Below the pieces are notes generated by a model, which was not told the origin of the DNA, ran no database searches, and was given only the letters and a program-made list of their open reading frames with translations. This document shows positions 36,312-49,685 of a DNA stretch of 64,000 nucleotides, one piece after another (position 1 is the stretch's first letter; each line of letters starts with the position of its first letter). The stretch lies in the NCBI GenBank assembly GCA_004022145.1, contig RCNU01000002.1. One strand, 5' to 3'. The DNA comes from Paecilomyces variotii. Lineage: Eukaryota. Both the position numbers and the translations under genes were made by a program.

Positions 36312-36633
36312 GGCATCCATGTGGACTTTGTGTGTGTCCAGGCCTCGCCACGTCCCATGATCCCTCACCACCTGCTGCTTCGAACGAATAATTACTTAAG
36401 TCCCTCTCGACTCCCTCTTCACTCTTCCATCACTCCAGCAAAGCATCCAGAAGAACGGAAAACAACGAGACATCAAGACATCAAGACATCTCGGCCGTAT
36501 CATTCCCGCTCCCGATCGCTTATCTGCCCGCGATCACCGCTCGCCGATCTGGAAACTCTTTCGACCAGATTCCTCCCGTCGCGTTGCTGCTCTATCACCG
36601 CATCACGATAATACAATATACAGCACCTTCATA

Positions 36634-37497
36634 ATGGCCGAAGTGACTGCATCTCCTCCTCGATCCCTGCCTGGATCGCCCACGTCCTTCTCCGCGCATC
36701 GTTCGTCGCATTCGTCGTCGCCACGGCCCTCGCTATCTATCGATCTCTCCAGTCTGCCTGCCCTCTCTCAACCGTCACCACCATCGAACACCCTCTTGAT
36801 CACCGATTTGCGGGATCTCTATCTCTTCCAGCCCTCATCGCTGGATTCCATCCGCTCTCAGATCACCCAAGTCGCGCCCCTCAACTCCTTCTCTCCGCTG
36901 CCATCTATGAGGCGAATAGTATGCTCCTTCCTCTCAACAGACGATGCGATTAAGATCCGCCAGCTGCTGGACGGCGAGGCGCTCTTGGGACGACACGTGC
37001 GTGCGCGAATCTACTTTGGAGAACCCACTCCCATTTTGAGTGCGGAGGAGGCACGGAGAAAGAAGCTGCTGGAGGCGCCGCAGTCTCAGAAGCTCTTCTT
37101 CATCAGCCCGCCCCCCAGCCCCCCTCACGGCTGGACGATGCGCTATGAGGACCCGCCCAACAAGGAAGTTCATGCCACCGATCTGGCAGAGGCGCTTGCA
37201 AAGTTGAAGACCGCGCAGGAGCCGAAGGAGACCATCGAGCCGGAGCCGGAGACGCCAGTATCATTGGCCTCCGACAAGAGGACAAATAGCTGGCCTGCAT
37301 CATTCTCAGGCACGCGCAGCAGAAGCAGCACGATCATCTACGACCCAGAAGCTCATGGCAGCAACCCACAGCTGCCTGCTGTCATGGTCGAGGACACCAC
37401 CGATCTTGAAGATATCGAAATGGACATGGGCCCAATTGATGCACCCAAGAAGATCATGGCTCATACCGCGCGTCCGCCCGTGGAACTGATGGAGTAA
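36634..37497 (+). CDS. RCN1: Calcipressin (RCAN/Rcn1/CbpA), calcineurin regulator
   Basis: FFISPPPSPPHGW hallmark, NTLLITDL RRM-like start, PxIxIT-like PAVMVEDT and C-terminal TARPPV. Confidence 0.95.
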   Translation: MAEVTASPPRSLPGSPTSFSAHRSSHSSSPRPSLSIDLSSLPALSQPSPPSNTLLITDLRDLYLFQPSSLDSIRSQITQVAPLNSFSPLPSMRRIVCSFLSTDDAIKIRQLLDGEALLGRHVRARIYFGEPTPILSAEEARRKKLLEAPQSQKLFFISPPPSPPHGWTMRYEDPPNKEVHATDLAEALAKLKTAQEPKETIEPEPETPVSLASDKRTNSWPASFSGTRSRSSTIIYDPEAHGSNPQLPAVMVEDTTDLEDIEMDMGPIDAPKKIMAHTARPPVELME

Positions 37498-38199
37498 GAC
37501 ATGACATTGTTTCAGTCTTGTTCACAACCTACTTTTATTCAGTTCTTCTATTCGTGATTCCCTCTCTCGCCGGCGTTTTCGAGCGTTTTCGGTCTCTGCA
37601 TTGCATAGTGCCGTTGTTATTCGTCATACAGATGAGTTTCGACCTCGTTCAGCATGATGCCTTATAGTTGGTTCAGCAGTACAAAGCAGCGTTGGCACTG
37701 CATCCGGATGGCGTTGGTGGTCCTGGTTGTGATTTTTTTTTTCTTTTTTCCTCTTCTAATACGCAAGTTGCTTACCTTATATGGTAAGGGATGGTCACGC
37801 CTAGTTTATGTTTGACTTTATGTATATACGTGCATTCCTCAAGTGGCACATATACGCTGAATGCATACCCATGAAAATAGTAATCATTTTCTTCAAGTTT
37901 TCAGTCTTGAAAAATAGTCGGTAGCGGCATCTATAAGATTTGGACAACCGTAGAGTCAACTCGAGTCTTGTTTACGCTCTAATCGATCTGATAGTGCCCA
38001 ATCTCAACATCCTGCAGAAAAAGAAAGCCCAAAGCAAAGTTCCAATAAAAAAAGATTCCATTATTCAGACCAATCACTAAGCCGCAAGAAGCATGTAACT
38101 AATTCTTCAATTTCCATTTCCCCATTGACAAATACTTTACTTGCAGATAAGTACTAGTACTAGTAGCCAGTACTACCTATCTCCTGACCTTTTCCCTAT

Positions 38200-40579
38200 T
38201 CAGTCGAACAAGACAACTGCAGAATCCTTGACTATTTTCGGTCCCAAGACGGCTGCCAGTTCGCCTATGATTCCCTTGACTGATTGAGGGTTTTTGATAT
38301 CGGAGGTTTCCCAATTGACGAGATCCTAGAAAGGGGGTTGGATTGTGGTTAGTTTAGTTAGGAAATAATGACTAACTTTTAATAGGGCATTTTTTTCGTG
38401 GTAGGGCTTGAAAAATCTTTGAATGAGCGTGACAAGATGGGGCGATTACTTACGATCATTTCGAGGAATGATCCATGGACGAGGAGAAGCCAGTGGTCCA
38501 GATCGAGCGCTAGTACTTCCTCCACTGTCAATACGCCAGGCATGTGAATATCGAAGAGGGACATTTCCTCGTCGTTCTCTTCGGATTCCTTTCCTTGGCT
38601 GGATTGATCTGCTGCTGCTGTCGTGGATTCGTCCTTGTCGCTTTCTTTCTGGGAGGCTAATTTTCGATCGCGAGACAGGGAGACGTAGGGACGCTCATCG
38701 AGTTTCTTCGATAGTTCGCCGTCGAGAGGATCCCAGGTATAACTCTCCGGGTCTGTGGAGTCGGTTAAGATCCGGTTAGAAACGCTGGGATGGATACATT
38801 ATGTCTTACCTAAGATATACTGAGGTCGATAGGTTGCCTTGTAGCGCATTTTCTGGCAAGAATGGATGTAGAAGCCTGGAGAGTGCTCGCGTTAGGAAGG
38901 TCTAGCAAGGAAGTAATATTGTTCTTGACATACCCATGTAATAGTACTGGTAGTTGTTCTCAATGGCGAAGGCTATCTCTCTAAGTGCGCTCAGCTTGCC
39001 AAATTCCCAGTGACCAAACTCGGGGTCGTAGCTATGAAAGTCAGCGCTTCGTCGACAGAGCGTGGTAAGCTGAATACGTACAAAATATAGACGGAGCTCA
39101 CACCGTGTGGAAGAAGATCGAGGACGGCTACGGCTATGAGTCTTCCATCCAGACGATAGCACTGGTGCCAGGAGCCCAGTTTCCGTTCCTTTCCATCTTC
39201 CTTGACCGTCGACTTTTTCAGACCAGAACAGAGGAATCGCTTGAAATCCGCCGATTTCCACCGAGATTCGTCCTCTTTGTGGATGGCCTTTTGATATTTG
39301 AGGAAGACCTCATATCTGCAGAATAGAATGAGATAAAGGCCGTCAGTATTGCATGAGAATGAGGTACATACTTGCGCTGAGAGATAGAGTCGCCCTCCGT
39401 GGTGACCTCGAATTTATGCGCTGGCTCGATGGGCCGTTTGGTTTCGGGATCAATCGGACGTTTCACATTCTCATATTCGGTCTCGTGGATGGCTGTGAGC
39501 AAGTCGAAGTTGTTTTTCCTGTACTTCTTCTCTCTGTTTGATTGCCCTTAGTTTATATTCAAGTCTAGGGATGCACGTTGGCGCATACTCTCTGGTCTTC
39601 GGACATAGTCTCGCAGCCTTGCGCATGTACTCCGGACCCAGAATGTATTTATTCCAGCGGTTGAGTGCTTTTCTTTGGTCCTTTCGAGGCTTGAACTCGG
39701 AGGCGTCGAGCCTAAAATCTCGACAGTTAACGAAGATATCAACCATAGTTATATAAGGCAATGATGCAAGATTGCGCACCTCATAGTGTAGTGCGGACAG
39801 CATGACCTCTGCAGGTTCTGCTTGTAGTACAGAGTCCCTGATCTAGATTCGAAAATCAGCATAATCGATATACATCAAGGCTATTTCGAAGTAGTACCTT
39901 CTCCAGCCGCGATTGACTAGCTCTTCGTAATGCTCCGGCCGCACTGAGACTGAACTAGCATAGTAAGAAGCACCTGTTGTCTCCTGGTTAGGAACTGGAA
40001 GATAAGGTCTAAAGCTTCTCGACTACGGAAGGACAAGAATTGCATAAAAGTTGAAGCGTTGAAACACGTTTCTTGCTTTGCTCCTTGAAGAAGGGGATGG
40101 AGTATGCCGTGGACTCCTGCATGCAAATACCTGTGGGGTAAAAGAAGCAGAGGGATAATACTGACTTCCTCTCTCTGATTTACAGTAACCACATGAATTG
40201 CGTTGGTAGCCTATTCTTGGGAAATTAGTAAACGTCTAGTATATAATTACAGAGCGCCATAGTGGTAATTATCTTTCCATGGTGGACTGAGAGGGTAAAA
40301 CCAAAACAATGTGTGGTGCGGTCAAAGGGCGGGATGAGGGGTAACGAGGGGCAAATTGAATAATACCATATGTTGAGCAGTTCTGTAGAATGCGCGTCAA
40401 CACTGGGCTCAGTGCTGTAGAAGGGGAATCTAGCCATGGCCTGGCTAATGATATGGCCAGCCATTTAGGCACGGGGTGGTATAGGGCTTTCCGACTGGCC
40501 CATAGAGATTGGTTTCCTTACCTAGAGGTCTGAAAAGCGACAGTTGCCGTGACCTCTCTGCATCGACTAGGGGCTCCAT
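38200..40579 (-). CDS. ATE1: Arginyl-tRNA--protein transferase, multi-exon
   Basis: Exon 1 40579-40522 (MEPLVDAERSRQLSLFRPL), then GYQRNSCGYCK, YEELVNRGWRRSGTLYYKQNLQRSCCPHYTMRLDASEFKP, YDPEFGHWEFGKLSALREI, YYYMG and a last exon DLVNWE...AVVLFD* ending at 38200. Confidence 0.95.
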
Positions 40580-40791
40580 GGCTGACCGGTGTTCCCGACA
40601 GAGCCCACCACAAGGGTCAGAAACAAAATGTGAGGCGAACAGGCGACGGTGGTGCGAGACTCGAGAGTGATCTTATAGACGGTGTTGCGGAGGAGGTTCA
40701 CAATCGCAGCAGCTCTGAGAAATCTTTGTGACGGCTTTGTCCTCCGGTGGTTTGTGATCACGGGAGCCAGTGAGCGCGTTGGTTGAAACTG

Positions 40792-40811
40792 TACTCTCTC
40801 TCTCTCTCTCT
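40792..40811. repeat. (CT)n microsatellite
   Basis: tactctctctctctctctct. Confidence 0.75.
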
Positions 40812-43152
40812 GAACGAAAGAGTTATTTCAAGGGATGTCTGCTTGAAGGAGATCAGTCTTGTAGTTAATGGTAAGATAATAGGCATGAAAGAAAACAGTG
40901 ATGCTTCTAGAAGCTGGGCCCGATGGCGGTCAGCGCTACAATGGTACGCGCTTTATGCAAGTCGTCCTCCACATTAATGGACCACTTCTATCTCTACTAT
41001 CATAACGAGAGTATGTTAGAATAACCACTACAGCTGCAACATCGCCGGTAATAATCCTGCAGTCAGGTACGTACTAAGGAAAACTTCCCTCTGTTTAATG
41101 CAGGTGTCTTGACTCATTGCTTAAGTATCCCTGTCTGCCTGCATCTAGTGGTGATCCTACGGTGCATGCCAACGGGCAAATCATATATACGCTAAGCCAT
41201 CTGACTGATCAACTAGTTCCCTGGACAATCTTATGCTATAAGCAGTTGGACTTCAATAATATGACCGTCAAAAAGAACGACGATCTCAGATGAGTCTGGG
41301 TGGGATTGCTCGGGCATTATGCGCACCCGCACTCCCGAGTCGCAATGACTTCAGACAAGGAGTTTGGAAACGATGATCTTCGAACAGTCCTGGAGATCAG
41401 AGTCAGGTGCGGCCAAGACAGAGAACCTCTTGCTGCGTTGTCGCATTGAAACCCAATCGCCATGTGCTCATCAAAGGCAAATTCCCAGAGAGTCGCTAAG
41501 CCATCATGCTGTGTGTACGACTGCGGAGTAACCTGGCCCTTGCCCACTGCCCCCAACGTTCAAATAAGGGCTTTGAGTGGACACAGCGCCATCTTGCCCT
41601 GTTGCGGAAACCAGGCGGCACCCAGATCTCTCTTACGATGTCAGCGGTGCCGCCGTAAGATCGTCCTTGGCCCGTCCGAAGTACGGATACTCCGCAACCG
41701 CTTGTGGGATGCTTTGCGAGTTCCCTCGATAATAATTGATATGCAACATTTGGCCTTAGTTGCCCGCAGAGCAAGTAGCGTAGGTATTCTGGATACATTA
41801 TTACATTGATCACCACGTCTATTATTGGAATGCGGTGGTTTGAGATGTGATACACGGAAAAGTCTCGTATCCTAGGGCTTCAGCCAGAGCGCCATCTTCC
41901 TGTCCGAACCGGGGCTCTATTTTAACGGAGCTTCCAGTGTCGTGCGAGCTATCTCCGGTTAAGTCTTGCTTGCTGACTGTCCGCTGTCTCCGTCACCCGG
42001 AAATAATCGCGATCTGGTCCAAGGGTTCCGTTGTACCGCATCCGTTGGTGGGCCTTGCATGCAAGCAAGGACATCGTTCATGACAGCCACCGTGTGAATG
42101 CGCCTCCAGACACCCGGGAGCAAGATCTCGTCAGCTCCAGCGGCTTTCAGGGAATCATGATCGGGGGTGGTAGTAGTCTAGAGACATCGTAAGAAGCGCT
42201 TGAGGCGGGTAGGATGCAGAAACGAGGGATCGGGATTTTCAAGACGGTCACAGCGCCGACTCTCCGGGTCTCTGGGAGCCCCTCACATCGCCTCCAGCTG
42301 GAGAGAAGGCCACTGATGACCGGAGCAAAGCAAAGGAAGCAATAGGAGTTGTCAGTAAAGGGCATGGCTGACTCCACAGGCAGCGCTGGGAGGGACCGTG
42401 GTTAGAGGCAGAGGCTTCGATAATTAATCAACGGACGAAAAAACGACCACCCCGAAAGACTGGCGGGAGACGAGCCTTACCGTCTCAATACACGCCCACG
42501 CAGCGCACCGCCAGCGAGACTCGGCGGCGGCGTTACCGTACAGTACACAGGTCTCCAGGCTGCCGAAAAAGGTACCAGGGTCAAGCACGAGTCGGCCAGA
42601 AACTTCTTGCCGGACCGCGCCGTCATATACCAAGCTGCTACTGAATTCCCCCCCCTCCAACCCGCTCTGTCTCTTCTTCCTTTTTCCCACTATCTTACTC
42701 TTTTGATATTTCCCGATTATGATGCCCTCTTTCACTTCCCCTTCGTGTACCAGGACCCCGTCCACCACGGGCTTGAACGGGAATACCTAGTGTCCGGTTG
42801 CCAGTGCGCAGTATCTTGTTCCCTTCTCGACCGCCTCGCACGTCTGCTATATCTCAAAATTACGGGCTTGCATCGGTATTACAAACTATTGCGGTCTCCC
42901 TAGCCTGGCTGCCTTCTGGAGTCCTTCTTTTTTTCCCTCTTCCCTCCGCGCAGCTCAGCCTCGTCCAAGCTGCGTGAACAGCGGGCTGGATTCCTCAGAG
43001 CTCGCGGTCGTCTTTTCTTAACCTTTCATCCTCACCCGTCTCGTGTGTGTGACAATCGTTGCGGAGCGGCGCTCAATTCAAGCCTCTCTGTTCCCCATTC
43101 CGTCGATCTACCAAAGAAGGAACCCTCGAGCCACGATCTGATAAATTTGAAG

Positions 43153-43831
43153 ATGGCTCAAAGTCGCTCTATGGAATCCCGCACAGGGAGGACAAATCAA
43201 CGTGAGTTTTTTAACTGACCCCAGGCACGTGTCAACCCTTCACTTTACGTCTCGGCCCCCTGCAGCAGGGATCGGTCCCTCATCCTTGTCATCTCAACGA
43301 CGCGACACCCCCAATTTGCGCTGGACAGTTCAGAAAAAAAAATAAATAATTAAAAATTGTCGGGCTGAGAATACATGCTAACCGGTGCTGGGTGGTTCTC
43401 TAGGTTACGGTTCCAAGGGCGAAAGACTCGTGGCCGGTGTGGTCCCTCTCTCCGCGGACAAGACAAAGGTCCTTATGATTGAGTCTGCCGGGCCTGGAGG
43501 ATGGGTTCTCCCCAAAGGTGGTTGGGAGACTGATGAAGGCACTGCGCAGCAGGCGGCCTGTAGAGAGGCATGGGAGGAAGCTGGTGTCATCTGCACGGTT
43601 CAGAAGGACTTGGGTCTCATACCGGATATGCGCCCCTCGACGCTACTCACCTCGCAGGCGCCCAAAGCCTCGTACCAGTTCTTCGAGGTCACAGTGGATC
43701 GCGAAGAGACGCAGTGGCCAGAAATGCATAAGCGAAAACGGCAATGGGTGACATATGCCCAAGCTGCTGCTGCATTGATCAGCCGCCCCGAGCTTTTGGA
43801 GGCGCTGAATCGCAGCTCGATCCAACGATAG
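43153..43831 (+). CDS. DDP1: Nudix hydrolase, diphosphoinositol-polyphosphate/ApnA (Ddp1/Aps1/DIPP) type, 2 exons
   Basis: Exon 1 43153-43201 (MAQSRSMESRTGRTNQ); intron 43202-43403; exon 2 RYGSKGERLVAGVVPL...WVLPKGGWETDE...AACREAWEEAG (Nudix box)...WPEMHKRKRQW. Confidence 0.9.
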
Positions 43832-45151
43832 CAACCGCGTAGTTGGTCTTTTGACTGCTCCAATGTTGCCGTTTCACCGAGGATCTCGTTATGACATCAC
43901 ACGACAGAAAAAAAGATCTGATATTCATCTTCCCTTCCTCAGGAGTCGGAGGGCTGCGATGTAATGGTGCTTTTGTGGATAAGGGTGGCTGTCATGGCTT
44001 TCCAGATCGTTCTATTTGATGATTGCCCACGACAGTTCTACCTATCGAGCCAGAACTGCTTTTACTATAGACCCGTGGCAGCGGGGAGAAAAACGAAAAG
44101 GAGAAAACAGAAATCCATTTGAAGACAACGGGATCCGAGGAGCTACATGAACCTGCAGTCCATTAACTGGTTGGGACATGAGATATCGGGGGCCACGTGT
44201 CAGGCTTCTAGTCAGTGTGTTCTACTAACGCACCCGGGGTGTCAGGGAAAGGAGTTTTGCTTTGATTTCTTTTGCAAGCCCATTTCGGTGTGATCTCTCA
44301 CCCTCGCTCGGTGGCTTTCTGTGGTCAAAAGTTTCCCCTTCCATGGTTTCTCCACTTGATCTTGCTATAGCATTTGAAGATCTCAGCATAGGCGACGAGT
44401 CGCCGTTGATCGAGCGCTTTCTTCCCTGGGCCCTTGCTATATTATCCGGTAGTATTGCACCCTTCCAAGTATTGTAGATAGGCCTTGCATATCGCGGACC
44501 CAGAGAATCTGGGTATTGGCTACAACTGAACTACATTGAGCTCAGTGAGCACATTGGCACGTAGGCGCTGCATCGAACTAAGTGGCAGTTTTCTCTCTTA
44601 GAAATTGGCCAGGTATCTGACATGCTGCATTTAATGTCTCTGGATGCTCAACACCTAAAGACAGCAGTCGTTATCTAGGATTTTTCACCAGGTTGACAAC
44701 GGGAGGATGGGCAGTGGGATCCCCTTATACAGACAACTAACTCATAGCCTACAGGTTCCACGTCGACAGCAAATAGATGAGAAGCACTGTTCTAGATGAA
44801 AGTCCATTATTTAAACGAGGCTGGTCCAATATTTTTATTCCACTATAGTGATAGGTCAAGCGTTCTCGATCTGACTGAGATATATGACCCGAATAGGTAA
44901 AGCGGCTCTTGATCTTTGGATCGCAACTTAAAGCTCAACTTCGGGGAGTCCAAGGCGGCGACCGATATCAACTCGAACTACCCCCATCTCCGCCACTTTC
45001 CCTTCCAGATCTGTCGCAGATATCGACTGCAGTCTCCAGTCCGGTCTTCACGTTCTACTCACCTTTCCTTTCATGAGCGGCAGATAAGCGCAAAGCACGT
45101 TCGACGGAGGTGGTCAGCGACCCGCGCCGCCGCGAATACATCTAGCACATC

Positions 45152-46350
45152 ATGGATTATGAGATGGACATTGAGCCCACGGGGCCTCAGGTGACGGTTC
45201 GAGAGGTATAGGATCTTCCCATCTCTGCATTCCTTCAACAACCTCGAGTCACTCACAGATTACGGAGCCAACACCGGATGCATTGGCTGGGACTAACATA
45301 TTCTCCCTTCCCAGGCCGAGCCCTACAGAGTAGACTTCAAACTGAGCTCCGTCGATCTTGCCTTCGCCAACTCTTTACGGCGGGCGATTCTCGCTGAAGT
45401 CCCCACGATGGCCATCGACTTGGTTGAGATCGAAGCCAACACCTCTGTCCTCCCGGACGAGTTTCTCGCGCACCGTCTCGGTCTCATCCCGCTGAACTCC
45501 AAGAACTGCGACCAAGACGTCGAGTACACGCGCGACTGCGACTGCGAGAACCACTGCGCACGATGCAGTGTGACGCTGACGCTGCATGCGCGCTGCACGG
45601 GCGACGAGGTCATGCCGGTGTATGCGCGCGATCTAGTCGTCAGCAGCGAGCGCGCGAACGAGTGGGTAGGGAGCCCGGTCATTACGGATCCCGAGGGCAA
45701 GGGACCGATCATCGCCAAGTTGCGAAGGGGCCAGGAGCTTAAGATGACTTGTATTGCGAAGAAGGGAATTGCTAAGGAGCATGCGAAGTGGGCGCCCACG
45801 GCGGCGGTTGGGTTCGAGTATGATCCGCATAACAACCTCCGCCATGTGGACTACTGGTACGAGGAGGATCCTATCAAGGAGTGGTACGTATATATTATCT
45901 CACTGGAGGGTCAGACGACGAGCGCGTATAATAACAGGACTTTTTATATAATTCAGGCCCGTCTCTCAGAACGCAGCCTGGGAACCACCCGCGGCTCCCG
46001 ATCAGCCATTCGACTACGACGCCCAACCAACCACTTTCTACGTCGACGTTGAGAGCGTCGGCAACCTCGATCCAGACGCTATCATCCAGCAGGGTATCGT
46101 CGTCCTACAAAGGAAGCTCGCCTCCGTCATCTCCGCCCTTACGGGCAGCGGAGATGGCGACCGCAACGGCGTCGCTGAAGATGAAGACATGATGGGCGGC
46201 GTCCGCAGTCCTGACGCATATGAGCCTCCCGAGGGTATCGATGGCGGCTTCACGGCTTATGCTAATGGTGCCACAAGCGCCTGGGGAGGCGTAGGTGGCA
46301 CGACGCCATATGGAGCCACGCCGTATGGACAGAGCGGTTACGGATTCTGA
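45152..46350 (+). CDS. RPB3: RNA polymerase II subunit RPB3, 3 exons
   Basis: Exons 45152-45205, 45315-45883 and 45957-46350. Motifs [37 protein letters not shown], Zn motif [21 protein letters not shown]. Confidence 0.97.
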
Positions 46351-47759
46351 AGAAAGAGAGAGAGACCAGAATATACACAAGTCAATAAAAAAAGGAACAA
46401 AACTATGAACAGTACGAAATTACGGGGATAAGGAAGAGAGCACCAGCGAAGTTCGAGAGAAGCGAAAGAAGCGACTTGAAGTTGTCATTGGGACCCAAAA
46501 CCCGACACACAAACGATACGACATTTTAAACTCACAGGGTCTGGTCTTATCTTCTTTAGATTATTCGAAAGGGCTACAACCAAAGGGGGGGCAAAGAAAA
46601 AAGGAAGAGCGAAGAGCCTGAAAACAAGCTTTGCATCTGGGACGGCGTTTTCTCTTTTTGTTTTCTCTTCCTCTTTTTCAGTGGTTTGCTTTGTGTTTTC
46701 TTTGTTCATGCTCATTTCAATCTTATCTTGAAACTAACTACCTAACTAACTGTAAACTACCCTTCTACGATGAAAGTTATACTTGCTCTGTTGAGAGAGA
46801 TGGAATAGAAAAACAAATACATTACATATTCCCATTCCCCATATGTTGCATGGTCGATTGCTAGACAGGAAGAAGAAAAAGGTGAGAGACTCTAGGAGTT
46901 AATATTACCATACGCGTCTTTCGATAGTGCGTGTGGATGCTATGTACTCTAGATAGGTATTAACTATGTGCAGCGGTTATGTAGAAGGTAGCTAGGTAGA
47001 TAGGTAGAGGACATCAAGCTCTTTGGAAAGATATCAGGATTTGTTAATGTAACTGTTCTTCTAAAATTGCAAGACAGAAGATACTACAGAACAATTCCAA
47101 TGCATCCATCCATCAATCACAATCACTAGACCCCGCGGGCCCATGAATGAATGATTCAATCCGGCCCGATGTGTATATGGGAAGGGTAGGGTGAGGGTCA
47201 AGTTAGAAAGAGACGATGAGATCGAAAACATGGGAGGTGGATTACATTAGATCAACACGATTTGAAAAAAAAATCAAACAGAAAAAGATCAGCATGAAAA
47301 TCCACACAAGTGATAACTATGTTGCGCCATTTCCCCGTTGTTGTAAAGCCCAATTCAATATCCGTCGCTTTCGCCGTGAAAAAATGTGTCTCTCGATCGC
47401 CGGAATCCGATGATGGTACCAATCTCTCGAGACGCCAGTGACCGGGCCAGGACTGAAAGAGAATAAGAACAGAAGGCCATCAAGCACAACTCGCCGACAA
47501 CACCCTTTCCCATCCATGAAGTGCAAAAATAGGGGACAACCCGTGGTAAATGCAAAGAGGAGTTTTGTCAACGGAGCTGCTTTGGAACCATGGACCGGGG
47601 AGGGGAGTCCATGGCCAAGAGAAGCAAAGGAGACATTATACTATGCAGTCCGTCGGGGAAACAAGATGGGGTATTGATGAGTATAAACGCCCTAATCAGG
47701 AGACAAGAAACGAAAACAAGGAGCCAGATCAGCATCTTTCTTTTTTCGCGCTGATAGCC

Positions 47760-49685
47760 TCACCTCTCCTCGATGACTTCCTGCTCCGGTTCAGGGGTCG
47801 GCAGTGTTGAGCTCCCAGGCACTCTTCTCCCAGATCCATATACCATTTCCATCAGCTTGGCCTTCTGCTTTTCGCGCACGGCACGGAGGTAGTCGTATGC
47901 GCCCTCCAAGCCCCGGATCTGACCCTCAACCACAGCTTCGACAGGAGTCAGGGTCCTGCCGGCATTCCGGCTATTCGCGCCATCGATACCCATGAAGCTG
48001 ACCGAATCGTTCCGACGTACCAGTGGACTCACCAGTTTCCGACGGAGGGTCTCAAGGCCGACCTTGAGCGTCAGCAGTCGACCACGGTGGTCCATGAGCA
48101 GATGCTTATTCGCGACGGTGCGGCTGCGAACACTGGCCAGGAGTCGCTTGTTCTTTTCATACTTGCGCACCATCGCCGCATCAGGACCCAGAACCCGGGT
48201 CCATAGCGAACTAAGCATTTCGCCTTCCGCACGCTCTTGCGCATCCGACTCACGGACGACTGTACGTTGTAGATTCAGGAACTGCCGGTCAATGGCTTCA
48301 AAAAGGGCAAACAGTGCCGTGGAGTGTGTCAATTCGCTGTTAATTGACTCTTCGAGCACGGAGAGAAACTCTGTGAACGTCCGCGTCAGAGTGGCTCTCG
48401 TCCGCTGCGCAGAGGTCGGTCCAAAGACGGCCATCACGATATGGCCCAGCATCGTAGGGGTGGTTGTGGAGAGATCACTGGGTTCTGCATCGCCTACGGT
48501 GGCCGAAATCCGCTCCAGAGCTCCTAACCGCGAGAGCATTGTATGTAAATTATCATATACAATGCTTGGTATCGCACTGGGCGGCTGCGAGGACAATGAC
48601 TCCAGTTCGCGCTTGGCCCAGTCCATTACGATCAGGATGGAGTCGATGTCAGAATCAACGTTCGCAAAGAATCGCGTGAGCTCCAGCGACAAAGTCTTGA
48701 GAGATTCAGACAGTTCGTCCAGTTCGCGCACGATAAGCGGAGCACTGGTCATGTTGGTCCCGCGTACGGACTCCCCCAGGTCCCAAACCGCAACCCCTGT
48801 CTCCTGCAGAGTGCCAATCTGCTGCACGCCATTCTCCGAATAGTATATCAATGGCTCAAAGGAACGCGCCAGGCCAGAGAGTTTGACCAAGTCGGGCACC
48901 GCTTGCGGCACGGGAGGAAGAAACAGGGCCCGCATGAAAGCAATCGAGAGCAGCGCAACGATGACGGACAGCGTCGTCGTCGATTTCGAGCTTGTCATGC
49001 TGTCGAACTTGGATCGCGCATAGTTAAACAATGCGACAAACGGTTCACGGTGCTGGACTTCCGCCCGTACGGCAAAGCGGATATCTTTCCTCGTTAGTTA
49101 TCCCGAGCCAGACAGGATCAGGGCCAAAGGAGGGACGAGTTTACAATTGCTCAGATTCTCCGCCCCAAACTCGACGCCGTCACCATCATTGCCCCCTCTG
49201 GGTGCTGGAGTCGGGCTAGGTGACCGCCCCTTCAACGGCGAGTCCGTCCCCTTAGGGAGCGGCACATTGGCCGGTATCGAGATGTCTCCGAGCTCTCCGA
49301 CCTGCGCAGCGTCCTTGCCCGGCGATGTTGGCCCCTCCTGCGCATCCTCATACTGTGGACTGGGTTCCCGCGACTGCGATGGACTGTCGCGAACGGGCGG
49401 CTTCAACTCCAATCGATTGTTGTCTTCTTTGCGCGAGTAAGGCTGGTGCCGGTACCAGCCGCTGCCTGGAACGTAATCATGTCGCCGAAAGCCTGGGGGT
49501 GACCAGGGTTCTCCTGCAGTCGAAGTCGCATCGCCATCAGACTCTTCTGCCCGGAAACCTGAGTGCTGCGAGGGCAATCCAAAGAGGGGTGTGCGGTGGA
49601 CATTGTTGCTGTTGGCCTCAAAGTCCTCCAGCGAGGCATCAAGGGAGGGATGATCGTCAAATACGTTGTCCAACTCGTCCATCAT
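47760..49685 (-). CDS. Conserved fungal hypothetical membrane protein, 2 exons
   Basis: Exon 1 49685-49145; intron 49144-49085 (GTAAAC...CTAAC...AAG); exon 2 NYIRFAVRAEVQHREP joins the 423-aa ORF. One hydrophobic segment (LSVIVALLSIAFMRALF) precedes a helical domain. Confidence 0.85.

Noticed and set aside
40125-40166. CAG|GT recursive splice point in ATE1 intron 2
   Set aside because: Upstream segment is only ~35 nt and has no branchpoint.
43136-43144. SreA-like ATCWGATAA (also at 62959-62967)
   Set aside because: Single sites, one 9 nt from an ATG, with no iron-uptake gene nearby in the window.
43829-43893. Stop-codon readthrough (TAG CAA CCG) giving a cryptic peroxisomal signal
   Set aside because: Context imperfect and the extension ends in ISL, not a PTS1.
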